A stretch of DNA of 64,000 nt, taken from an uncultured Chloroflexia bacterium (GTDB taxonomy: Bacteria > Chloroflexota > Dehalococcoidia > SZUA-161). Under the pieces are notes generated by a model. That model did not search any database. It saw nothing but the letters and a program-made list of their open reading frames with translations, and was not told where the DNA came from. The stretch is taken from NCBI GenBank assembly GCA_963847595.1, contig CAWKAJ010000001.1, forward strand, positions 759,263 to 823,262. Reading direction: 5' to 3'. A program made the position numbers and the translations under genes. Shown here piece after piece: positions 1 to 8,111 of this stretch. Numbering within the stretch: position 1 is the first letter of the stretch; every line of letters begins with the position of its first letter.

Positions 1-320
1 TAAACGACGGCGATGAGCTTCCCCTACTTGGCGGCATCAAGATATTGCATACCCCGGGCCACACGCCGGGAAGCATCTGCCTGTTCATACCGCAGGAGAA
101 GCTGGTTATCGTGGGTGATTTGCTTACCCATAGATTTGGGCTGAGAGTGCCCTCACGGCTGTTCACTGTTGACGTAGGTCAAGAGGTAAACTCCATAAAA
201 CGGTTAGCAGGCCTTGAGTTCAATATCATAGGCTTTGGTCACGGCAGACCTATCCTGCATGAAGCTCATCAGGCAGTCACTCATTTCGCCGAGAAGCTTG
301 AGAGTAAGTATAAAGTCTAG
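1..320 (+). CDS. MBL-fold metallo-hydrolase, C-terminal fragment (5' end lies outside the window)
   Basis: The frame stays open back to nt 3 (NDGDELPLLGGIKILHTPGHTPGS...). The HTPGHTPGS motif is shared with the paralog at 18830-19501. TAG stop at 318-320. Confidence 0.8.
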   Translation, partial: NDGDELPLLGGIKILHTPGHTPGSICLFIPQEKLVIVGDLLTHRFGLRVPSRLFTVDVGQEVNSIKRLAGLEFNIIGFGHGRPILHEAHQAVTHFAEKLESKYKV

Positions 321-369
321 CTGAAGCCTTCAATCGCTTTTGACAGTAAATAGTAAAAGGGACGATAAA

Positions 370-2100
370 ATGAAAAAATTCTGGATCTCGCTGGTTCCGT
401 TGCTCATTATTGCGCTGGTCGCGGGCACTGTCGCCTGCGCTGGCGGGGGCACGCAGCCCGTAACCCTGCACACCCCATCGCTTTGGACAGGCGATGCGCT
501 GGTACAGACCGTGTACGGCCCCGTAAAAGGTTTTGCAGACACGAATGATACCTGGGTATGGAAAGCCATCCCGTATGCCAAGCCGCCCGTGGGTGAACTG
601 CGCTGGAAGGCTCCGCAAGACCCCGACCCCTGGAATGTCACGCGGGCGGAAACACAATTCTGCAGTGAATGCACCCAGTACACCATCACCGGTACAGTTG
701 CAGGCAGTGAAGATTGTCTCTATCTGAACATATGGCGGCCCCAGTCCGAACAGACGAATCTGCCCGTTTACTTCTGGATACACGGCGGAGGCGATAGCAT
801 GGGTACTGCCTCGTACGAAGGATATAACGGGGCGAACATTGCCGGCACATCCGACATGGTGGTGGTGACCGTGAACTACAGGCTCGGTCCTCTGGGGTGG
901 TTCACCTATGCCGCGCTGAGAAGCGAGCAACCCGGCCATGAGCTTGACGATTCCGGCAACTACGGCACATTGGACCTGATAAAGGCTCTCCAATGGGTGC
1001 AGGCCAATATCGAAGCCTTCGGCGGGAACTCCTCGAATGTCACCATTGCCGGCGAATCGGCAGGTGCTATGAACGTTCTCTCTCTTTTAATCTCACCGCT
1101 TGCCCATGGCCTCTTCCAGAAAGCTATAGCCCAGAGCGGGTTCCCTGTTGCACGCCCCGTGGCGGATGGCGAGGCGAGTGCACACGATGCCATTTTGAAG
1201 CTGTTGGTAAATGACGGGACTGCCGCAGATGCAGATTCGGCCCAGAAATATCTCGACACTCTTTCCGACGCTCAAATTGAAGCCTATCTACGCTCTAAGA
1301 GCGCTGCTGAATTATTGAAAGCCTATGACACAGGCTATTTGGGTATGCTCTCGTTCCCTTACATTTTTGAAGATGGCACAGTCATCCCCAAGACCGGGTT
1401 CGACACGTTCGAAGCTGGGACCTATCCCAACAAAGTCCCGCTCATCATAGGAACTACCAAGGAAGAGACCAAGCTATTTCTGTTCCTGGACCCGACATTT
1501 ACCGGCAAGGACGAGTTGTACCAGACCGTAGCATCTTATAGCAGCGACCTCTGGAAGGCTGTAGGCGCAGACGGCGTGGCCAGAGAGTTGAGCTCACACA
1601 CAGACCAGCCCAACGTATATGTTTATCAATTCCTCTGGGGTTCAGGCGGAGACACCGGCACCAGCGTAATCCCGGCGCCGTGGGGCTTCAGGCTCGGCGC
1701 TTGCCATTCGATGGACATCCCCTTTTTCTTCGGCAACGATATTTGGAACGGCCCCCTGGGCCTCCTGGTCTTTACCAACGGTAACCGCCCGGGCAGGGAA
1801 GCACTCTCCAGCGCCATAATGGCATATGTCGCGCAGTTCGCCCGCACCGGGGACCCCAACGAGCCCAGCTCAGGTCTCACCGAGTGGTCCCCCTGGTCCA
1901 ACGCTGCTGATGGACCGAAGTGCATACTATTCAATGTGCAGAGAGATATGCCCTACCTGACTATGTCCAATGTGGAGTTGACGGCATCGGGTGTAAAAGC
2001 GAAGCTGGCGTCCGAGGTTCCCGAACCGCTGTACTCGGAGACGCTCCAATACCTCGGCAACATGAGCATAAGGTTCGATTTGGGAGTGACACTGCCCTGA
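370..2100 (+). CDS. Type-B carboxylesterase/lipase, secreted or lipoprotein
   Basis: GESAGA nucleophile elbow and WIHGGG oxyanion motif. N-terminal hydrophobic signal ends in VAC-AGG. ATG at 370 follows an AAGGGA RBS. Confidence 0.9.
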   Translation: MKKFWISLVPLLIIALVAGTVACAGGGTQPVTLHTPSLWTGDALVQTVYGPVKGFADTNDTWVWKAIPYAKPPVGELRWKAPQDPDPWNVTRAETQFCSECTQYTITGTVAGSEDCLYLNIWRPQSEQTNLPVYFWIHGGGDSMGTASYEGYNGANIAGTSDMVVVTVNYRLGPLGWFTYAALRSEQPGHELDDSGNYGTLDLIKALQWVQANIEAFGGNSSNVTIAGESAGAMNVLSLLISPLAHGLFQKAIAQSGFPVARPVADGEASAHDAILKLLVNDGTAADADSAQKYLDTLSDAQIEAYLRSKSAAELLKAYDTGYLGMLSFPYIFEDGTVIPKTGFDTFEAGTYPNKVPLIIGTTKEETKLFLFLDPTFTGKDELYQTVASYSSDLWKAVGADGVARELSSHTDQPNVYVYQFLWGSGGDTGTSVIPAPWGFRLGACHSMDIPFFFGNDIWNGPLGLLVFTNGNRPGREALSSAIMAYVAQFARTGDPNEPSSGLTEWSPWSNAADGPKCILFNVQRDMPYLTMSNVELTASGVKAKLASEVPEPLYSETLQYLGNMSIRFDLGVTLP

Positions 2101-2126
2101 GCCTGGGGAAAAACGCACGAACCCGG

Positions 2127-2693
2127 CTAACCCTTTTCCTTTTTCAACCTCTGAGTCCAGGCGACCAGGGCCTCGAGCAGTTTCCTTATCAGTTCTTTCG
2201 CTATTTCGTCGGTCAATGCACCTTTCTCATCGAATTTGCTGGGTGCAAATGTCACAATTACTTCCGGTTTATTTATGGGGTGCATATCGAGGAAAACGAA
2301 AACCTGGCGCAGATGGTATTGTGCCCTGGCTCCCCCTAACAATCCAGTAGACGCGCTCATCATAGCCACTGGTTTGCCCTGAAAGGAGTTGTCCGGATAA
2401 GGTCTGGAAGCCCAATCTATAGCATTTTTCAGCACCCCGGGTATCGAATAGTTGTATTCCGGGGTCGCAATCAATATCGCGTCAGCCGCCCTTATCTTCG
2501 CCTTGAACTCCTTGACTTTATTCGGCATTGACTGTTCCAGCTCCTGATTGAAGGGCGGGATTCCTTCCAGGTCGAAGATTTCAAGTTTCGCACCGGCCGG
2601 CACCAGCTTCGCTGCCTCACGCAGCAGCGCCTTGTTGTACGAACCCTTGCGCAGGCTTCCCGCAAAGCCGAGGATATTCACTTGTCCATTCAT
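2127..2693 (-). CDS. NAD(P)H-dependent FMN reductase family oxidoreductase
   Basis: ILGFAGSLRKGSYNKALL N-terminus is typical of the FMN_red/ChrR-like family. ATG at 2693 is preceded by an AGGAGG RBS, so the ORF-track start at 2747 is probably too long. Confidence 0.85.
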   Translation of the reverse strand: MNGQVNILGFAGSLRKGSYNKALLREAAKLVPAGAKLEIFDLEGIPPFNQELEQSMPNKVKEFKAKIRAADAILIATPEYNYSIPGVLKNAIDWASRPYPDNSFQGKPVAMMSASTGLLGGARAQYHLRQVFVFLDMHPINKPEVIVTFAPSKFDEKGALTDEIAKELIRKLLEALVAWTQRLKKEKG

Positions 2694-2772
2694 TGGAACA
2701 CCTCCTGTTACAGAATACCCCGACCAGGCATACCTCTTTTGCCCCAACCGACAAGCTTACATAATAGTCACA

Positions 2773-2820
2773 AAGAAGTCATAAAATACGGGCGAAAATT
2801 GTGAAAAATCTCTTACATTT
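2773..2820 (+). promoter_or_regulatory. Bipartite intergenic motif AAGAAGTCATAAAAT-N27-ACATTT, copy A
   Basis: Exact 15-mer plus ACATTT at fixed spacing. Lies 80 nt upstream of the minus-strand start at 2693. Confidence 0.5.
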
Positions 2821-2948
2821 CTAATGCGATTTTCCTAGACTCCCTGTTTTAACCATGTGCCTGAAAGGATGCCTTAAACCTAAGGCAACACGCCCTGTAG
2901 CGCTTGTTCTGGACCTTCGGCTTGACGCTGACAAGTAGATTGTCTAGA

Positions 2949-3137
2949 ATGGGAAACATGAAAAAGTCGCCAGCTTTCTATGCCGTTATTGCCGGCATAT
3001 TGGTGGTAGTGGTCGGCCTGCTGGTTGGCCTGGGGCTGACTGGAAAGTGGATTGCCTTCCTTACTATCGCCATCCTTTTTATCCTCATGTTTGTATTTCT
3101 CTCGGACATGCCCAGCGGGCAAAAAAGCTCAAAGTAA
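2949..3137 (+). CDS. Small hypothetical membrane protein (two predicted TM helices)
   Basis: The ORF has two hydrophobic stretches. No recognisable family, and the start is uncertain (2949 or 2958). Confidence 0.4.
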   Translation: MGNMKKSPAFYAVIAGILVVVVGLLVGLGLTGKWIAFLTIAILFILMFVFLSDMPSGQKSSK

Positions 3138-3178
3138 CCGAGCCTGTCCTGCCCAACGGCTTTTCGAGGGCTGAATCA

Positions 3179-3763
3179 TCACTTTTTCTTGCCGTGGAAT
3201 AGTTCGCTGCCTGCGCCCGGATATACAATCCGTTCCGACCTGGGAGTCGGCCTCGCGACCTTGGGCCATGACTCCGGCCTCGGCTCCGCCCCCTCCAGAG
3301 TTACCTTGGATGGCTGCCTGTCTCTCATCTGGGGCATCTTTCGCACGTCGACTCCCTCCACATTGTGAGAGAACTCGATAGGTATGCCATTAGGGTCATA
3401 GGCATAGATGGAGTGAATGAAGCCGTGGTCGATCATGTCGGACACCTCAAATCCGGCCGCCTCCAGCTTATCTTTCAGCTCCCACAGGTCGTCTTCCTTG
3501 TCCACTCCAAAGGACACGTGGTCGAAAATGAACGGCCCACTGACCGGCCTGCCATGCTCTTTGGGCGCTACAGGCTCCACCCCGGGCCATTCGAAAAATG
3601 CCAGCAAATCGTATTCAGAGAGCTGGAAGAAGTAGTGCCTGTACCCCCTCTGGCCCAAGCCGGCAACAAGCCGCATTCCGAGCAAATCCCGCCAGAAGCG
3701 GATGGTCTTGTCCATGTCGCCGGTAGCCATAGCAAGATGATTTACACCGTTGAACGTAATCAT
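3179..3763 (-). CDS. VOC family protein (glyoxalase/bleomycin-resistance/dioxygenase fold)
   Basis: GVNHLAMATGDMDKTIRFWRDLLGM and a repeated beta-alpha-beta-beta-beta module with His/Glu ligand positions. Confidence 0.85.
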   Translation of the reverse strand: MITFNGVNHLAMATGDMDKTIRFWRDLLGMRLVAGLGQRGYRHYFFQLSEYDLLAFFEWPGVEPVAPKEHGRPVSGPFIFDHVSFGVDKEDDLWELKDKLEAAGFEVSDMIDHGFIHSIYAYDPNGIPIEFSHNVEGVDVRKMPQMRDRQPSKVTLEGAEPRPESWPKVARPTPRSERIVYPGAGSELFHGKKK

Positions 3764-3861
3764 TTTCTCCTCCTCCTCATGCCTGCCCGTGGATGTTGTG
3801 AGTCATGCGGGCAGCCCAAATATCTGTTTCCTACGATGAACATTATGGTCTGCCAGCCATC

Positions 3862-3909
3862 AAGAAGTCATAAAATCCCACTCTGAAAGCTTAAGAAATC
3901 ATCACATTT
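3862..3909 (+). promoter_or_regulatory. Bipartite intergenic motif, copy B
   Basis: AAGAAGTCATAAAAT-N27-ACATTT. Lies about 100 nt upstream of the minus-strand start at 3763. Confidence 0.5.
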
Positions 3910-4021
3910 TCCCACAGCTAAGTTACTTCATATGTCATTGCTTTAGAGGCATCCTCGCTTGACCTCCTGTGCGACCGGTGGCACAATGGTATAGTAACAC
4001 CGCTGGTAAAGGAGGGACGCC

Positions 4022-4267
4022 ATGCTATTCGTTACGCTTTTGACTCCGAAAGGCAAAGGACGGGAGGCTGTCAACTACATGAAGAGGCTCAAGGCTCCCA
4101 AAGGCATCAAGATCCTGGATATCTATTTCACCATGGGCCGTTATGATGGTGTAATTATCTTCGAGGCGTCTGATGCCAAAACAGCGATCAGGTTTGCTGC
4201 GGACGTGGGCTTTACCACCGACTACTCGGTGGAGACCTTAACCGCTATCCCTGCCAAAGACATGTAA
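4022..4267 (+). CDS. GYD domain-containing protein
   Basis: MGRYDGVIIFEASDAKTA (GRYD core) in an ~80 aa protein. AGGAGG RBS upstream. Confidence 0.8.
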   Translation: MLFVTLLTPKGKGREAVNYMKRLKAPKGIKILDIYFTMGRYDGVIIFEASDAKTAIRFAADVGFTTDYSVETLTAIPAKDM

Positions 4268-4313
4268 GTCGCGCTACGCTTCGCGGCGTTACTTTCTCAA
4301 TTTGGAGGCGGCA

Positions 4314-4568
4314 ATGCCTAAGAAAACTAATGCCACATGCCTGACCTGCGGCAAGACTGCAGAATTCGAAACTTGCACACAGCAATGTGCTCAGCCGGAG
4401 GATGCCCGCTGCGTAGTGCTTGAGGGATGGCTGTCAGTTGCTTACTGGAGGGGCAGGATGGAAGCCGAACGTTACGACTTCTGCTCCTTTACCTGCCTTC
4501 AGAAGTGGGTAGATTTGAAGGTGCCTAAGGTCCCCGAATCGTTCTTCAAGGCCTTCGGCGAAGATTAG
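4314..4568 (+). CDS. Cys-rich hypothetical protein (possible zinc ribbon)
   Basis: CLTCGK...CTQQC...CSFTC pattern. GGAGG RBS before the ATG at 4314. No family recognised. Confidence 0.55.
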   Translation: MPKKTNATCLTCGKTAEFETCTQQCAQPEDARCVVLEGWLSVAYWRGRMEAERYDFCSFTCLQKWVDLKVPKVPESFFKAFGED

Positions 4569-4612
4569 AACTGGCAGATTTGAAGCTAACTAGAGAATTA
4601 AGAGGCAATAGA

Positions 4613-4771
4613 ATGGCAAAATATAAGTGCACAGTCTGCGGCTACATTTACGATCCGGAGAAAGGTGACCCCAAGGGCAACATACCGCCCGGGACCCCAT
4701 TCGAGGAACTGCCCGATACCTGGGTCTGCCCCGTCTGCGGCTGGTTCAAAAACAAGTTCAGACAGATATAG
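4613..4771 (+). CDS. Rubredoxin
   Basis: [17 protein letters not shown]...WVCPVCG, the two canonical CxxCG knuckles. ATG at 4613 follows AAGAGG. Confidence 0.95.
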   Translation: MAKYKCTVCGYIYDPEKGDPKGNIPPGTPFEELPDTWVCPVCGWFKNKFRQI

Positions 4772-4795
4772 CTCTGAATTTGACCAGCCTTCCCC

Positions 4796-5752
4796 TTATA
4801 CAAAGTCCTGAGACAGGTAACCGCCTGCCTTGCTCGCTTTGTCGTATACCAGCTTGGCCACAGCTACATCCTCGATGGCCAGTCCCGTAGAATCGAAAAT
4901 GGTGATAGCCTTCTTGTCTTTTCTGCCCTTTTTCTTGCCGATGATTACCTCGCTCAGGGTAGCGCAGACCTCCTCAACTTTGAACAGGCCGTTCCTCACG
5001 GGAACGTTGATTTCTCCCGCCGCTGCCGCCTGCCTCAAGTCGTCGACCACCACCACCGCTTTTTTCAGCAAAGAAGGGTCGAGTTCCTCCTTCCCCTCTG
5101 CATCGGCACCGATGGCATTTATATGCGTACCAGGACGTACCCATTCGCTCTTCACAAACGGCTCCCTGGCCGGAGTGACCGTACATACGATGTCCGAGTC
5201 TACCGTTTCCTCCAGGGAACACGCTTTTATCGAATATGCAGGGAATGACTTGATAAATGTCTCAACGGCGGCGGCTCGCTTATCGAACACCTTGATTTGT
5301 CGGAGGTCGAAGAGCTCGCCATGCGCCATTAGCTGAGTATACGACTGGCGGCCAGCGCCCACTATGCCCAGTATGTGTGAGTCCTTTCGCGCCAGGTATT
5401 TCGAGGCGATAGCAGATGCTGCCCCTGTCCTATAGGCTGTTATATCTGTGCCATCCAGCACCGCCAGGGGATAGCCCGTGGCCGGATCGTTGTAGATAAT
5501 GATAGCCATAACTGTAGGTAAGCCCAGGGACTGGTTTTGAGTATGTACATTCACCCACTTCATTCCCGCAGCCCCCGGTATAGCCCCTGGCATAGCCCGA
5601 AAATCCCCCTGCTCCAGAACAAGGTATGCCTTAGGCGGCATCTTTGCTTTCCCCAGCGCCAAGTCCTTAAGAGCCTGCTCTACCGCTTTTATGACCTCGG
5701 CCATATTCAGAAGATTTCGCACATCGTTCTTAGTCAGAAAAAGAGTCGGCAT
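4796..5752 (-). CDS. Ornithine cyclodeaminase / mu-crystallin family protein (archaeal-type alanine dehydrogenase-like)
   Basis: Rossmann GIVGAGRQS motif and the family-typical N-terminus MPTLFLTKNDV. ATG at 5752 follows GGTGGAG. The longer ORF to 6013 runs into a repeat element. Confidence 0.85.
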   Translation of the reverse strand: MPTLFLTKNDVRNLLNMAEVIKAVEQALKDLALGKAKMPPKAYLVLEQGDFRAMPGAIPGAAGMKWVNVHTQNQSLGLPTVMAIIIYNDPATGYPLAVLDGTDITAYRTGAASAIASKYLARKDSHILGIVGAGRQSYTQLMAHGELFDLRQIKVFDKRAAAVETFIKSFPAYSIKACSLEETVDSDIVCTVTPAREPFVKSEWVRPGTHINAIGADAEGKEELDPSLLKKAVVVVDDLRQAAAAGEINVPVRNGLFKVEEVCATLSEVIIGKKKGRKDKKAITIFDSTGLAIEDVAVAKLVYDKASKAGGYLSQDFV

Positions 5753-5884
5753 ATCTTCTCCACCCCTTGCAGAATTGACTCTATCACCCTCACAATATCT
5801 CGCAAATACTCGATCACATCGATAATACATGATACTGCCAACGCACGAATGGGGCAAGGAAACATATAGAGGCCGTTTACTGAC

Positions 5885-5990
5885 GGGGGAGTGCAGAGGG
5901 GGCAAAGCCCCCTTTGCCAGGGGTCTGGGGGTGTCCCCCAGTATTAAAATTCCCCCAAGAGTGGGGGACAAAGGGGGTTGAGAAGAGATT
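5885..5990 (+). repeat. Triple-hairpin intergenic repeat, copy 1
   Basis: GGGGAGTGCAGAGGGGGCAAAGCCCCCTTTGCCAGGGGTCTGGGGGTGTCCCCCAG...TCCCCCAAGAGTGGGGGA...GGGGGTTGA. Confidence 0.9.
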
Positions 5991-6189
5991 AATAGACAAC
6001 ACCACACAATCATACGAAAATATCTGTATGACTTTGGAGAACACAGAGCATCAATTTGTTACCATGTAACCATTAGTTGCAGGAGAGGAAAACGAATCTG
6101 GTGGCACTAGAACCAAAAATGAACTTCAATTGACATGGCGCAGGCGGAAGATTACCATTTAAATCAATTTTAAGAAAGGAAGCCGAGTT

Positions 6190-6483
6190 GTGTCTGATAT
6201 AGTGGATGATGAAAAACGCCTCGGAGAGCTAGGCTTTCATATGAGCCATGATACATTTAAGACCATCAGGTCCAGGTTGATCATGCCGGATGCGGTTAAA
6301 GAGGTTATAGCCCATGCCGAAGCAACAGGCGATAAGCTGTACCTACCCGGAAAGAATAGATACCTGGCGCGAATGAGGCACTACCGCGCTACAATTTATG
6401 TAGACTACTCACTTGAGCTAGCAGGTGGTTACACAATCCATACAGCTTATGGACACGAAGTGGAGATCAAAGAGGGCCAATGA
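6190..6483 (+). CDS. Hypothetical protein, first gene of the radical SAM operon
   Basis: GTG start. Its stop overlaps the next start (ATGA at 6480-6483). No family recognised. Confidence 0.6.
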   Translation: MSDIVDDEKRLGELGFHMSHDTFKTIRSRLIMPDAVKEVIAHAEATGDKLYLPGKNRYLARMRHYRATIYVDYSLELAGGYTIHTAYGHEVEIKEGQ

Positions 6484-6668
6484 TGGAAGAATGGTATTGT
6501 TTTAAATGTAAAGAAGCAATGGTAGAAGCCGAGATCCCGTTTGTGTACCTCGACGCAGAGGAAAAGGTCAAAGGAATAAAATGCCCCAAATGTGGCGTGG
6601 CATATTTTGATGAGCAGACCGTGCTTGATGTAATAATACCCGCAGAAGAGGATATAGAAGGGAAGTAG
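6480..6668 (+). CDS. Small zinc-ribbon protein (2 x CxxC) with an acidic tail
   Basis: CFKC...CPKC pairs in 62 aa. Translationally coupled to the upstream ORF. Confidence 0.65.
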   Translation: MMEEWYCFKCKEAMVEAEIPFVYLDAEEKVKGIKCPKCGVAYFDEQTVLDVIIPAEEDIEGK

Positions 6669-6704
6669 GCTGATAACCACGTACTGTAGCCGCAGGAAAA
6701 TGAA

Positions 6705-8111
6705 TTGGTAAAGGAAGTAATAGGAGAAACAGAGAGCCTCTGTCCGGTCTGCTTGCAGAAGATTCCTGCAAAGCGGGTTAGCGAAGACGAAAGAGTCTAT
6801 CTTGAAAAGACCTGTCCTGACCACGGCGATTATAAGGTTCTGGTCTGGCGGCGTGGCGGAAAGCACTACCTTGATTGGGGTCGGTGTAGTCAACAGGCGG
6901 CGGCGCCACCCAAAAGGCTCACGGATACTGACAAGGGGTGTCCCTATGATTGTGGTCTCTGCCCAACCCACAAAGCGAACACCTGTAGCATGCTAATCGA
7001 AGTCACCTCAAGATGCAATCTACATTGTCCCATCTGTTTCGCTAGTGCTAACGAGACTGAGGAACATGAGCCGGACTTAAATATGGTCGGGAAAATATAT
7101 GAAACGGTGTTAGATACAGTCGGCTCTTGCACGGTTCAACTTAGTGGGGGAGAGCCAACTCTTCGGGATGACCTGCCTGAGATTGTTTCACTGGGCAGGA
7201 AGATGGGACTAAGTCACATCTTGGTAAACACCAACGGAATCAGATTGGCCAAAGACAAAGCTTACCTCCGGAAGTTGAAGGAAAGTGGTACTAGTGCTAT
7301 CTATCTTCAATTTGATGGCGTAACTGACAAGGTATACCATTCTATTCGTGGTGTTAACCTCTTCGACCTGAAGGTCCAAGCCATAGAGAATTGCGCTGAA
7401 GTTAAGATGGGTGTTATCCTTGTTCCCACCATAGTCCCCGGGATTAATGACCACGAACTGGGTGAGATTTTTGAATTTGCCAAGAAGTGGGTGCCAGTGG
7501 TAAAGGCAATTCACTTTCAGCCTGTTAGCTATTTTGGACGCTATCCGAAAGCGCCTGAAGATGAAGATAGAATTACAATTCCCGATGTGATTGATGCGCT
7601 TGTCAGCCAAAGCAACGGACAACTTAAAATAGAAAACTTCCCGCCTCACACATGCCAGGATTCGCACTGTGGATTTTCTGGCCTGTTCGTCTTGAGGGAA
7701 GACGGTGAGTTGTTTGCTGCTACTAAACTTGCCAATGAACTGGTTAGTGGCTGGGGCTTTATGTCTGAGGCTGGTGATGTCAAGGCGCGGCGTTTCATGA
7801 GCCGACACTGGCGATTTACGGAGGAAGAGGCAGGACAGGTACACGATTCTAATGCCGGCCTGGGCTCGCAACCGGGTCCCTCGAGACGAGCACTAACCCA
7901 TAGCTTAGCCGTAACGTGCATGCCTTTCCAGGACGTCTGGAACATCGATTTACAGAGGTTGCAAGGGTGCTGCGGTCATGTCGCTACTGCTGACAAACGT
8001 ATAGTGCCGATATGTGCTTTCTACCTCACCAGCGTCTGCGGGCAGCGACTTCATTCCACCGACTGGTTCTCGTTACAGAAAGGTTGCCCTGATGGCAGAG
8101 GATGTCCCTAG
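6705..8111 (+). CDS. Radical SAM protein, COG1964 / MJ0619 (Tes, GDGT-MAS)-like architecture
   Basis: N-terminal CPVC...CPDHG knuckle, a CPYDCGLCPTH cluster motif and a CNLHCPICF radical SAM CxxxCxxC. C-terminal MPFQDVWNIDLQRLQGCC...VPICAFY. Apparent TTG start. Confidence 0.8.
   Translation: MVKEVIGETESLCPVCLQKIPAKRVSEDERVYLEKTCPDHGDYKVLVWRRGGKHYLDWGRCSQQAAAPPKRLTDTDKGCPYDCGLCPTHKANTCSMLIEVTSRCNLHCPICFASANETEEHEPDLNMVGKIYETVLDTVGSCTVQLSGGEPTLRDDLPEIVSLGRKMGLSHILVNTNGIRLAKDKAYLRKLKESGTSAIYLQFDGVTDKVYHSIRGVNLFDLKVQAIENCAEVKMGVILVPTIVPGINDHELGEIFEFAKKWVPVVKAIHFQPVSYFGRYPKAPEDEDRITIPDVIDALVSQSNGQLKIENFPPHTCQDSHCGFSGLFVLREDGELFAATKLANELVSGWGFMSEAGDVKARRFMSRHWRFTEEEAGQVHDSNAGLGSQPGPSRRALTHSLAVTCMPFQDVWNIDLQRLQGCCGHVATADKRIVPICAFYLTSVCGQRLHSTDWFSLQKGCPDGRGCP

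Noticed and set aside
277-993. Long antisense or overlapping ORFs: 277-993, 9855-10559, 18069-18716, 21586-22122, 26626-27384, 39667-40101, 41393-41917 and 59042-59662.
   Set aside because: Each lies opposite, or out of frame with, a gene that has clear family motifs. Their translations are low-complexity and rich in Arg, Pro and Gly, as expected for shadow ORFs in GC-rich coding DNA.
2773-2790. Tiny conserved minus-strand ORF ATG-ACT-TCT-stop (MTS) inside all four bipartite motifs.
   Set aside because: It has three to four codons and no RBS. The stop codons fall in the non-conserved flank, so it is most likely a coincidence of the conserved 15-mer.
5753-6013. Long N-terminal extension of the ornithine cyclodeaminase-family ORF (track start 6013).
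   Set aside because: The extension is the antisense translation of the triple-hairpin repeat. An internal ATG at 5752 with a GGTGGAG RBS gives the family-typical N-terminus.
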